This document shows, one piece after another, positions 31,189 to 39,769 of a stretch of 64,000 nucleotides of DNA. The notes under the pieces were generated by a model, which was given only the letters and a program-made list of their open reading frames with translations, was not told the DNA's origin and ran no database searches. The stretch comes from Demequina lutea (lineage in GTDB: Bacteria > Actinomycetota > Actinomycetes > Actinomycetales > Demequinaceae), in assembly GCA_003246255.1 (NCBI GenBank), contig QKAX01000152.1:19099-83098 (forward strand). Direction: 5' to 3'. The position numbers were made by a program, and so were the translations under genes. Each line of letters starts with the position of its first letter. Positions within the stretch are counted from its first letter, which is position 1.

Positions 31189-31572
31189 TCACTCGGCCGC
31201 CGCGTCGGACTCAAGGGCGCGCGACAACTCAGCGAGGCGCGTCAGAAAGCGGCGCTCGTCGAGACCCTTGCGACGCAGCCAACCGGTGACCTCGTCGTTG
31301 TGCTTGCTCGCGTTGCACGAGGCGCACGCGGGCACCACGTTCGCCACCGTGTAGCGCCCGCCGCGAGAGATGGGCTGGATGCAGTCCTTTTGCAGGGCGC
31401 GATCCGTGGCACCGCAGTACGCGCACCCGCCCCAGCCGGCCACGAGCGCCTGCCATTCGGCGGCGGTCAGGTCGTTGTCCACGCGTGCAAGCCTGCGTTG
31501 CCGACGCTTGGCATACCTCGCGCGCGTTGCGGCAGTCTTGGCCCTCGCGGGAACCTGCCGACGGTCGCTCAT
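31189..31572 (-). CDS. small HNH-family nuclease-like protein (variant motif)
   Basis: CAYCG...KDCIQPISRGGRYTVANVVPACASCNASKHN: the two Cys pairs and GG...N...CN..K spacing of the HNH fold. A Cys occupies the position where the first catalytic His (DH) is expected. Confidence 0.75.
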   Translation of the reverse strand: MSDRRQVPARAKTAATRARYAKRRQRRLARVDNDLTAAEWQALVAGWGGCAYCGATDRALQKDCIQPISRGGRYTVANVVPACASCNASKHNDEVTGWLRRKGLDERRFLTRLAELSRALESDAAAE

Positions 31573-31620
31573 GCGACGATCGTACGGCCACCGCGGCGAG
31601 CCACTGCGGAGGCTCCGCGG

Positions 31621-32340
31621 CTAACCCTCGCGATCGTCGGCCGGGAGCAGATCGGGCCTGCGCTGGCGGGTGCGCTCGAGCTGCTGCTCGCGACGCCATG
31701 CGGCGATCTTGCCGTGGTGGCCGCTCAGCAGCACGTCGGGCACATCGAGCCCGCGCCACGAGGCGGGGCGCGTATACGAGGGGTACTCGAGCAGGCCGTC
31801 CTCGTGAGACTCCTCCTCGAGCGAGGCCGCGTTGCCCATGAACCCAGGAATCAGCCGGGTGATGGCCTCGATCATGGCGAATACTGCCACCTCGCCGCCG
31901 TTCAGCACGTAGTCGCCGACGCTGACCTCCAGCACGCGGAATCCCTGCGCCGCGTAGTGCTCGGGGACGCGCGCGTCGATGCCCTCATAGCGGCCGCACG
32001 CGAAGGCGATTTGCGGCGCTGCGCTCAGCTCGCGCGCGAGTGCCTGCGTGAACGGAATGCCTGCAGGCGTGGGCACCACCAGGACGCCTTCCGGCCGCAG
32101 CAGGTCGTCGAGCGCGCGGCCCCACACGTCGGCCTTCATGACCATGCCAGCTCCCCCGCCAAACGGGGAATCGTCCACCGTGCGGTGCGGGTCAGGCGTG
32201 CCGTCGGCCTTGATGGCCGCCCACTCGCGCAGATCGTGCACGCGCGCGTCCACGAGCTCGGCCTGGCGCGCCTTGCCCAGCAGCGAGACGTCAAGCACCG
32301 AGAAGAACTCGGGAAAGATCGTGACGATGTCGAGGCGCAC
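31621..32340 (-). CDS. trmD: tRNA (guanine37-N1)-methyltransferase
   Basis: [13 protein letters not shown]...GGGAGMVM...YEGIDARV...DYVLNGGE motifs. GTG start. Confidence 0.95.
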   Translation of the reverse strand: MRLDIVTIFPEFFSVLDVSLLGKARQAELVDARVHDLREWAAIKADGTPDPHRTVDDSPFGGGAGMVMKADVWGRALDDLLRPEGVLVVPTPAGIPFTQALARELSAAPQIAFACGRYEGIDARVPEHYAAQGFRVLEVSVGDYVLNGGEVAVFAMIEAITRLIPGFMGNAASLEEESHEDGLLEYPSYTRPASWRGLDVPDVLLSGHHGKIAAWRREQQLERTRQRRPDLLPADDREG

Positions 32341-32342
32341 GG

Positions 32343-32869
32343 CTACGCGCCCGCCCCGCCGTGCGTCTCGCCCGTGTCCTCCATCTCCTCGCCGGAGAGC
32401 AGCCCGTGAGGGGGCGTCACGATCCGACCGCCCTCGATATCCACCTCGGGCACAAAGGCCTCCACCATAGGAATCATGGCGCGGTGGCCGTTGGGCTCCT
32501 TCACCACGAGCACGTCCTGCGCGGGCATCGCCATGACGTCAACGACCTTGCCAATCGCCGAGCCATCGGGGCGCACTGCGGCGAGGCCAACCAGCTCGCC
32601 CACGAACCACGCGTCCTCTTCCTCGTCCTCGACGGCCTCCATGACCAGCTCCACGCCGCGCGCGTTCTCGGCCGCGGTGCGGTCGCCGATCTGCTCAAAG
32701 CGCAGGTACCAGCGGCCCGCCTGGTCGCGCACCGAGGTGATCGTCAGCGGGCCAGCGCTGGCAGGCTCCGTCTCAACAGGCGCTCCTCGGGGATGTCGGT
32801 GCGCAGTTCGACCGATACCTCACCCTTGAGACCGTGAGCGCGCCCGATGCGCGCGACAGTGACCTTCAT
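32343..32869 (-). pseudogene. rimM: 16S rRNA processing protein RimM, interrupted by a frameshift (or an assembly indel)
   Basis: The N-terminus [31 protein letters not shown] (ATG 32869) is in one frame and stops at 32744. The rest (..[41 protein letters not shown]...PRC-barrel) is in another frame, which has a stop at 32820-32822. The start-to-stop span is 527 nt, which is 2 mod 3. Confidence 0.75.
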
Positions 32870-32966
32870 GGCGACAAGCCTAGAGGGGGCGCCGACGCGC
32901 GGCGCACCCGACGCGTGGCGCTCGCCACGTCTCGGAATAGCCCACAGCGCGCGGGGCGTTTCCCTC

Positions 32967-34628
32967 ATGACCCCGGGGGCCACACACGACGAAGGGCGAG
33001 CGGTGAGTTTCGACGACGACGCAACCGAGCACGCACCCGAGTTGAGCACGCCGCTCGGCTCGGAGGAGGACCTGCGCGCGGTGCCTGACGCGAGCGGCGA
33101 GACCCCGCGAGTGCTGGTCCTTGGAGCAACCGGCTACCTCGGTGGCCGCCTGGTTCCCCGGCTGCTCGCCGGCGGGTATCGAGTGCGAGTGCTGTCGCGG
33201 TCGGCGGCGCGTGTAGCAGAGATGCCGTGGTCGGGCGCACTCGACGTGGTGGAGGGAGACGCCTCCGACGCCGGCGTGGTGGCCGAAGCGATGCGCGGCG
33301 TCGACATCGTCTACCACCTGGTGCACTCGATGTACGGCGGCCGCGATTACGACGCCGTGGACCGCGGGATCGCGCGCCACGTGGCCGATGCCGCGGCGGC
33401 GGAGGGCGTGCGGCGCATCATTTACCTGGGCGGCCTCCACCCCGACGACGCGAAGCTGTCGCACCACCTCGAGTCGCGCCGCGAGGTGGGCACGATCCTG
33501 CTGGACTCCCCCACGCCCACGCTGGTGCTCAACGCGGGTGTGGTGATCGGCTCGGGCTCCGCATCCTTCGAGATGATCCGCCACCTCACCGAGGTGCTGC
33601 CGTACATGCCCGCGCCCAAGTGGGTACGTAACCGCATCCAACCCATCGCGGTGCGCGATGTGCTGCACTACTTGCTCGCGGCGGCGCGCGTGCCAGACGA
33701 CGTCAACCGCGAGTACGACATCGGCGGCCCCGACGTCATGACCTACGCCGAGATGATGAACGGCTACGCGGCGGCGGCGGGGCTGCCCAAGCGCGGCATC
33801 ACGGCGATCCCCGTGCTGTCTCCCAGCCTCGCCTCGCACTGGGTGGGGCTGGTGACGCCCGTTCCGCACCAGATCGCGCGCCCGCTGGTCGAGTCCCTGC
33901 TACACAACTGTGTGGTGGAGGGCGACCCAGTGTCGGACGTGATCCCTCCGCCCGAGGGCGGCCTCACCAGCTACGACGACTCGCTTCGATGGGCGATCGG
34001 CCGCGTGGAGATCGACCAGGTGGAGACGAGCTGGGTGGACGCAAGCGTCATGGGCGCGCCCAGCGAGCCGATGCCCAGCGACCCCGACTGGGCCGGCCGC
34101 ACCGTCTTCACGGACTCGCGCAGCAAGAAGTCGAGCGCGATGCCGGGCGCCGTGTGGCGCGTCCTGTCCCAGGTGGGCGGCGAGACCGGCTGGTATTCGG
34201 CGTCGGTGCTGTGGGCCGTGCGCGGATTCATGGACCGCCTCGCCGGCGGCGTGGGCCTGCGCAGGGGCCGCCGCACCACTCGCCGCATCCGCGTGGGCGA
34301 CGCCGTGGACGTGTGGCGCGTGGAGCACGTGGACCGCGGCCGTCTGCTCAGGCTACGCGCGGAGATGCGCGTGCCAGGCAAGGCGTGGCTCGAGCTCGCC
34401 GTCGACCCCACCGAGAACGGCTCGGTCTACCGCCAGCGCGCGGTGTTCTTCCCGCGAGGGCTCACGGGGCGCCTGTACTGGCTCGCGATGCTCCCGTTCC
34501 ACGGGCTCGTGTTCAGCGGCATGGTGAACCGCATCGTCGCCGAGGCGGAGGGCACGGCGCGCAGTCGCAAACGACGCAGCAGCAGGGCCCGCCGCAAGGC
34601 CGCTCGGCGCGAGAGCGCCTCGGCCTAG
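32967..34628 (+). CDS. NAD(P)-binding SDR-family protein with C-terminal DUF2867-like domain
   Basis: [15 protein letters not shown] Rossmann motif. The C-terminal 200 aa resemble DUF2867 ([21 protein letters not shown]). A basic tail follows. The ATG at 32967 avoids overlapping rimM. Confidence 0.8.
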   Translation: MTPGATHDEGRAVSFDDDATEHAPELSTPLGSEEDLRAVPDASGETPRVLVLGATGYLGGRLVPRLLAGGYRVRVLSRSAARVAEMPWSGALDVVEGDASDAGVVAEAMRGVDIVYHLVHSMYGGRDYDAVDRGIARHVADAAAAEGVRRIIYLGGLHPDDAKLSHHLESRREVGTILLDSPTPTLVLNAGVVIGSGSASFEMIRHLTEVLPYMPAPKWVRNRIQPIAVRDVLHYLLAAARVPDDVNREYDIGGPDVMTYAEMMNGYAAAAGLPKRGITAIPVLSPSLASHWVGLVTPVPHQIARPLVESLLHNCVVEGDPVSDVIPPPEGGLTSYDDSLRWAIGRVEIDQVETSWVDASVMGAPSEPMPSDPDWAGRTVFTDSRSKKSSAMPGAVWRVLSQVGGETGWYSASVLWAVRGFMDRLAGGVGLRRGRRTTRRIRVGDAVDVWRVEHVDRGRLLRLRAEMRVPGKAWLELAVDPTENGSVYRQRAVFFPRGLTGRLYWLAMLPFHGLVFSGMVNRIVAEAEGTARSRKRRSSRARRKAARRESASA

Positions 34629-34634
34629 AAAGCA

Positions 34635-34673
34635 CTCAGCCCCGGCCCCCCTTGCGGGGAAACCGGGGCTGAG
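34635..34673. terminator. bidirectional stem-loop between convergent genes
   Basis: CTCAGCCCCGG...CCGGGGCTGAG: 11-bp stem with further inner CCCC/GGGG pairing. It lies between the stop at 34628 (+) and the stop at 34686 (-). Confidence 0.65.
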
Positions 34674-34685
34674 CTGCGGCGTCGC

Positions 34686-34916
34686 TTACGCGACGTCGAC
34701 GATGTTGACTCGCACGTCATCGCGCGCAATGGCGTCGATGACTGTGCGGAGCGAAGAAGCGGTGCGGCCGTGGCGGCCGATGACGCGCGGCAGGTCGTCC
34801 GGGTGGACCACCACATTGAGCGTCACACCCCGACGGCCCGAGCGCTCCGTGACGCGCACGTCGTCCGGGTTACGAACGATCGAGCGGACCAGGAACTCGA
34901 GGGCCTCGAGGGTCAT
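34686..34916 (-). CDS. KH-domain RNA-binding protein (YlqC/UPF0109)
   Basis: VIGRHGRTASSLRTV GXXG-type KH motif. Conserved position directly after rpsP. Confidence 0.88.
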   Translation of the reverse strand: MTLEALEFLVRSIVRNPDDVRVTERSGRRGVTLNVVVHPDDLPRVIGRHGRTASSLRTVIDAIARDDVRVNIVDVA

Positions 34917-34919
34917 GGC

Positions 34920-35432
34920 TTACTTCTCCTCCTCGTCGAGGGTGCCCTCGACCTTGTCGTCAGCGTCCGACGGATCGCCCTCGGCGATCTCCACGTCGAC
35001 CTCGGTGCCCTCATCCGTGGGAACCTCGCTCGACTCGTCAGCGACGGTCTTGGCGGCTTCCTTGGCGGCAGCGGCCTCGGCCTTGAGCTTCTCGGCGGCG
35101 TCGGCGTGCGCCTTGATGGCGGCCTCGGCGTCGGCCTTGCCCTCGGCAAACTTGACGGTGCTCTTGGCATCCTTGTCGCCCTTGAAGATGCCCCAGTCAC
35201 CCGTGAGCTTCAGCAGCGCGGCGACCTGCTCCGAGGGCTGCGCGCCCACGCCGAGCCAGTACTGCGCACGCTCGGAGTTGATCTCGATGACCGAGGGCTC
35301 CTCCGTGGGGTGGTACTTGCCGATCTCCTCGATGGCACGGCCATCGCGCTTGGTGCGCGAGTCCATGACGACGACGCGGTAGTAAGGGGCGCGCTTCTTG
35401 CCAAAGCGCTTCAGGCGAATCTTGACAGCCAT
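34920..35432 (-). CDS. rpsP: 30S ribosomal protein S16 with long acidic/Ala-rich C-terminal extension
   Basis: [32 protein letters not shown] from the ATG at 35432. Confidence 0.94.
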   Translation of the reverse strand: MAVKIRLKRFGKKRAPYYRVVVMDSRTKRDGRAIEEIGKYHPTEEPSVIEINSERAQYWLGVGAQPSEQVAALLKLTGDWGIFKGDKDAKSTVKFAEGKADAEAAIKAHADAAEKLKAEAAAAKEAAKTVADESSEVPTDEGTEVDVEIAEGDPSDADDKVEGTLDEEEK

Positions 35433-35557
35433 GACTGTCTCTCCTTGCATTCGGTGTGAGCCGGGCGGGCCGATGCCCTGCCTGACAAGACGAATTGCCG
35501 CGCGGACGCGCGACAGCCCTCAAGTATGCCAGAAGAGGGGCGCGGCTGGCGACACCC

Positions 35558-36346
35558 TCAGTGGTGCAGCACGGAGGGCCACCCGGCGGACGACTCCGCG
35601 GCAAACGTGCCGTCGTCGTGCGCCTTGGTGATGACCAGCACCTCGAGGCCCTCGTCGAGCGCCGCCGAGAGAGTCTCCTCGCCGCCGGCAGCGATGGCCG
35701 TGGCCCACGCATCGGCCGAGACGAGGTCAGGGCCAACGACGGAGACCTGGATGTAGTGCTGCGCGCCCTCGCCCGTCTTGGGGTCCCAGATGTGCAGGCC
35801 GTGCTGCGCGATGCCCGAGGTGGCGAGCGCGCGGAACTTCCCGCCGAGCGAGATGACGTCCACCACGGGTGTGCCCGTGGGGTCGCCCTGCACGCGCGGA
35901 TCCGCGATGCCGAGCTGCCATTCCGTGCCCTCGCCGGACACCAGGATGTCTCCGGCGGCCCCCACCATCCACGCGGCGGGACCCATGCGGTCAAAGGCCT
36001 GCGCCCCGCGCGCCACGGCCCAGCCCTTCACCAACCCAGAGGGGTCGAGGTGATCGGGCCTGCGCGCGTCGAAGCCGCCATGCGTGGCCGAGCGGTACCA
36101 CTCGCACGCCTGCAGAATCTCGAGCATCTCGGGCTCGCACTCGTCCACCGCGAGCTCGCCGCGGTTGAGGCGGCTCAGCTGCGAATCCTCGATGAACAGC
36201 GAGAACACCTGGTCCGCCCACAGGAGCTCGTCATGAAAGGCCTTGACCGCCTCGGCGGCCGCCTGATCCGACGGCGGCAGACTCATCTGCACCGTGAAGG
36301 GCATCCCCATGGCGTGCACAGTGCTCGCGTAGGTGGCCAAACTCAT
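35558..36346 (-). CDS. apbE: FAD:protein FMN transferase (ApbE family); no signal peptide with this start
   Basis: AMGMPFTV..., DPSGLVKGWA, ALATSG motifs typical of ApbE/Ftp. The ATG at 36346 overlaps the TGA of the small upstream ORF (ATGA). The upstream part of the track ORF is Arg-rich off-frame-like sequence. Confidence 0.8.
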   Translation of the reverse strand: MSLATYASTVHAMGMPFTVQMSLPPSDQAAAEAVKAFHDELLWADQVFSLFIEDSQLSRLNRGELAVDECEPEMLEILQACEWYRSATHGGFDARRPDHLDPSGLVKGWAVARGAQAFDRMGPAAWMVGAAGDILVSGEGTEWQLGIADPRVQGDPTGTPVVDVISLGGKFRALATSGIAQHGLHIWDPKTGEGAQHYIQVSVVGPDLVSADAWATAIAAGGEETLSAALDEGLEVLVITKAHDDGTFAAESSAGWPSVLHH

Positions 36347-36489
36347 GACGTGGCTTCTCCTTCCGATGCGGGCGCCTGCGTGGGCACCACCAGCGTGAGC
36401 GTGGGCAGCTCCTTGGGTGAAACGGCGTAACCCGCCGCAACGATTCCCGCGCACAGCACGAAGACGCCGATGGCGCGCGCGGGCCTCAT
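36343..36489 (-). CDS. 48-aa single-TM peptide (below the ORF-track cut-off)
   Basis: MRPARAIGVFVLCAGIVAAGYAVSPKELPTLTLVVPTQAPASEGEATS. Its ATG overlaps the stop of the FMN-binding gene by 1 nt, and its TGA overlaps the apbE ATG. Confidence 0.55.
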   Translation of the reverse strand: MRPARAIGVFVLCAGIVAAGYAVSPKELPTLTLVVPTQAPASEGEATS

Positions 36490-36896
36490 CACTGCTGTGC
36501 CTCGTCCAGTGCCCCGGCGATGGACTCGATGTAGGCGGGCGACGTGAACGACGCTCCGGACACCTCGTCCACGTTGGCGCTCTGCGCCGCCAGGACGCGC
36601 GCCTCAAGCTCGGGCACAGCGAACGAGTTGACCTGCAACGACTCCGGGTCTTGAGTGCCCGCCTCCACCGGATCGACGGCGGTGATCACGCCACCCTCGA
36701 TGGTGACCTGTGCCTGGTAGCCGCCCTTGATGTTGGTGACTCGCGGGCCCACGTACACGCCATCCGCGTACGTGGCCGAGGCCGCGGTATCGTCGCCCCC
36801 TGCCGCGGGGGCCGCTGGCTCATCGGCCGCGCCGGACGAGCACGCCGCTAGCAAAGACACGGACGCGGTAGTCCAGATCAGGGTCTTGGTGGTCAT
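36489..36896 (-). CDS. FMN-binding domain lipoprotein (flavinylation motif present)
   Basis: MTTKTLIWTTASVSLLAAC lipobox. NVDEVSGASFTS fits the Dxx[ST]GA[ST] ApbE target motif. ATGA overlap with the upstream reductase gene. Confidence 0.82.
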   Translation of the reverse strand: MTTKTLIWTTASVSLLAACSSGAADEPAAPAAGGDDTAASATYADGVYVGPRVTNIKGGYQAQVTIEGGVITAVDPVEAGTQDPESLQVNSFAVPELEARVLAAQSANVDEVSGASFTSPAYIESIAGALDEAQQ

Positions 36897-38263
36897 CGAT
36901 CCTCCTCGTGGAATCCAAACGCTTCCCGATGCACGCTCTCGCGCGCCACTCCCGACGCCCTCGCATCGTCCTCGACGGCGTCGGCCCATCGGCCCGGGCC
37001 GCAGATGTACACATCGCGCTCCGCGACGTCACTCACCAGGCCTGCGAGCGTCGCGTCGGAACCCCTCGCCGCCCAGCCCGCCCCGCGAGCGCCGTCAAGG
37101 ATGTGAAGGCGCGCGCCAGCCGCCTTGGCGAGCGTCACGACCTCGTCGCGCAGCGGCGCCTCGTCGAGGGCGCGCACGCGCCAGATGACGTCGACCTCGC
37201 CATCGGCGGGCGTCCAGCCGCTCAGGAGCGCCCGCACGGGCGTGATGCCGATGCCTGCGGCCACGAGCACTGCCCCCGGCTTGGTGCGCGCGCGCTGAGT
37301 GAAGACGCCGAACGGGCCCTCGACCACCACTCGTGTGCCGGGCTCCAGGGTCGCGAGCGCGGCCGAGCCGTCGCCCGCGGGCCGCGCCGTGAGGCGAAGG
37401 CCGTCGCTCGCGAGATCCGACACCGTGAAGGGATGCGCCGCGCGCCAGCGACCGGCGTCGAGGAACCTCCACAGCAAGAACTGACCGGGTTCTACCCTCA
37501 GCCGGGCAACGTCGGGACCGGAGACCCGCACGGACGTCGCGCCGCCGGGCTCGCTCAGCACCGACTCCACACGCAGTCCGCCGCGTGCTGCACGCACGGC
37601 TGGCACCACGAGGCGGAAGACCACGACGGAGCCAAACGCCACCACGTAGATGGCGAACCAGAACCACCACGCCGCTCCCCCGTTGCGGAACGTCGATCCC
37701 TCAAGGAACTGGTGAGGCACGGCCGCGGCGATTCCGATGTACGTCAGCAGGTGCACAGCGTGCCACGTCTCATAGCGCCAGCGCCTGCGCACGATCGCGA
37801 TGGACGTGGCCAGCACCACCAAGAACGCGCCGAGCGCGATCTGCGCGGCGGCGAGATACCAGGCGGATGTGCCCAGCTCGATCGACGCCTGCCACACCGG
37901 CATGCCCGCGTGGTACGCCGTCATCGCCACGATGATGCCCGCGTGGGCCAGCATCGCGATCACTGCAAACTTGCCGAGGGACGTGTGCGCCGCCACTGCG
38001 CGGTCGTGACCGAGCACCTTCTCGACGAACGGAACCCGCGCCACGAGCGTCACCTGGGTGAGCATCAGTACGGCGGCGATGAGGCCGAGCGCGCGGCCCA
38101 CGATGTACACCCAATCGACAGCGGTGACCGTAAGAAGACCGCCGTCGGCGATGAAGAGCGAGAGCGCCACCGACGCGAGAATCCACGGAGTGGCGGCAAG
38201 GCCGTCGGCCCACCACGACCGCGCGGAGGCGCGTCGGGCGGCGAGTGTCGCGTCGGCGGTCAT
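36893..38263 (-). CDS. NOX/ferric-reductase-like membrane protein: di-heme TM domain plus FAD/NAD(P)H (FNR-type) domain, paralog 1
   Basis: His pairs HTSLGKFAVIAMLAH (i, i+14) and HLLTYIGIAAAVPH (i, i+13). Motifs HPFTVS, AAGIGITP and YICGP. ATG at 38263. Confidence 0.82.
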   Translation of the reverse strand: MTADATLAARRASARSWWADGLAATPWILASVALSLFIADGGLLTVTAVDWVYIVGRALGLIAAVLMLTQVTLVARVPFVEKVLGHDRAVAAHTSLGKFAVIAMLAHAGIIVAMTAYHAGMPVWQASIELGTSAWYLAAAQIALGAFLVVLATSIAIVRRRWRYETWHAVHLLTYIGIAAAVPHQFLEGSTFRNGGAAWWFWFAIYVVAFGSVVVFRLVVPAVRAARGGLRVESVLSEPGGATSVRVSGPDVARLRVEPGQFLLWRFLDAGRWRAAHPFTVSDLASDGLRLTARPAGDGSAALATLEPGTRVVVEGPFGVFTQRARTKPGAVLVAAGIGITPVRALLSGWTPADGEVDVIWRVRALDEAPLRDEVVTLAKAAGARLHILDGARGAGWAARGSDATLAGLVSDVAERDVYICGPGRWADAVEDDARASGVARESVHREAFGFHEEDR

Positions 38264-38353
38264 CGGCGGCCTTTCTGGTCGTCTGGCTGCGAGGCTTGCC
38301 CTCGCAACGCGCGAGCTGCGCCAGCCATTCCCGGTAGCCGGCGCCAATCGGAC

Positions 38354-39769
38354 TTACCAGACGTACTCCTCGCGGTGCAGGCGCTGTTCGGGGACGCCGC
38401 AGCGGCGCGCCTCGTCAAGGATCTGGCCCGCCCACTCCTCGGGGCCGCACACGTACACATCCGATGCCGCGAGCGCTGGTGCAAGCTGCGACATGCGGGC
38501 GGCAAGCCCCTCGGGAAGCCACCCGTGACCACGTCGGCCGGTCAGCAGATACAACGTCGCGCCGCGCTCACGCACCATCTCGCGCACCTCGTCGAGATGG
38601 GGAATCTGATCCTCGGTGCGAGCGCGCAGCATCACCACGATGGGCGCCGAGCCATCCAGGCCCTCAAGCACCGACACGATGGGCGCGATGCCCGATCCGG
38701 CGCCCACAAGCACCATTCCGGGGCTCTGGCGCAGGTCGGCTCGGAAGCGGCCGAGGGGACCCTCGACCATCACGCGGGTGCCCACCTGGAGCGTCGCGAT
38801 GTCCTCGGTGTGGTCGCCCACCACCTTGACGGTGATGCGGAGGTACTCGTTGCTGGGTGCGGCTGAGAGCGAGAACGGGTGCGCCTGCGCCCACATGCCG
38901 GCCGTGAGGAAGCGCCACTCGAAGAACTGCCCTGGCAGCGCCTTCATGCGGTCGAGGCCGCGGCCCCGCACCCACACCGACACCGTGCCGTCGGCGTGGT
39001 GGTCCACGCGCGCCACTCGCAGGTCGTAGCGGAAGAAGGAGACAAGGGGGCGGCCGATGCGCCACGCCAGGAAGCCGCCCACCGCCACCGCCCACAGCGC
39101 GATCCAATACCAGCGGGCGAGGGTGGCGAGCCCGGTACCTGCCCACCCGGCGAACGTGGTGCCACTGCTGAACTGGTGAGGAATCGCGAAACCGACGGAG
39201 ACGTACGTGAGCAGGTGCACCACGTGCCACGTCTCGTACCTCCACGCAGCCCGCACCGCCGCAAGCGACGTGCCGATCACGGCGAGCAGCAGCCAGAATC
39301 CGATGACGGAGAGCGTCATGTCGCTGCCGAAGTGCAGCAGGAAGGACCATGACTGGTCCCACCACCCGGTCTGGGTGCGCGCGCCGTATCCCAGCACCAG
39401 CGTGATGACGTGCGCGGCCATCGCGAAGAATCCCATGCGACCCAGCTGGCCGTGCATCAACAGGGCACGATCGTGCCCGATGCGACGCTCCACCCACGGG
39501 ATGCGCGCGGCGAGGATGAGCTGCACCATCATCATCTGGCCCGCAACGATGCCCGTCGCACGGCCGATCGTGGTGAGCGCGTCTCCCACGCTGGAAATGG
39601 GCGCTCCCATCGCAAACATGAGCGACAGGGCGCCCGCTCCGGTGAGCCAGAAGACTGATTCGAGGGTGTCGGTGCGGGCCGCGTCGCGCTCCCACGTGCG
39701 CGCGAACATGGCCGCGAGGCCGTTGCGCTGCTTCACGTGAGGAAGCTCCCGAGTGGCGGTGGCGGTCAT
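38354..39769 (-). CDS. NOX/ferric-reductase-like membrane protein, paralog 2
   Basis: HGQLGRMGFFAMAAH and HLLTYVSVGFAIPH His pairs. Motifs HPFSLS, GAGSGIAP and VYVCGP. ATGA overlap with the upstream FMN-binding gene. Confidence 0.85.
   Translation of the reverse strand: MTATATRELPHVKQRNGLAAMFARTWERDAARTDTLESVFWLTGAGALSLMFAMGAPISSVGDALTTIGRATGIVAGQMMMVQLILAARIPWVERRIGHDRALLMHGQLGRMGFFAMAAHVITLVLGYGARTQTGWWDQSWSFLLHFGSDMTLSVIGFWLLLAVIGTSLAAVRAAWRYETWHVVHLLTYVSVGFAIPHQFSSGTTFAGWAGTGLATLARWYWIALWAVAVGGFLAWRIGRPLVSFFRYDLRVARVDHHADGTVSVWVRGRGLDRMKALPGQFFEWRFLTAGMWAQAHPFSLSAAPSNEYLRITVKVVGDHTEDIATLQVGTRVMVEGPLGRFRADLRQSPGMVLVGAGSGIAPIVSVLEGLDGSAPIVVMLRARTEDQIPHLDEVREMVRERGATLYLLTGRRGHGWLPEGLAARMSQLAPALAASDVYVCGPEEWAGQILDEARRCGVPEQRLHREEYVW

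Noticed and set aside
32744-32822. Programmed ribosomal frameshift in rimM
   Set aside because: There is no X-XXY-YYZ slippery heptamer or obvious downstream pseudoknot in the window where the shift must occur. An indel (real or an assembly error) is the simpler explanation.
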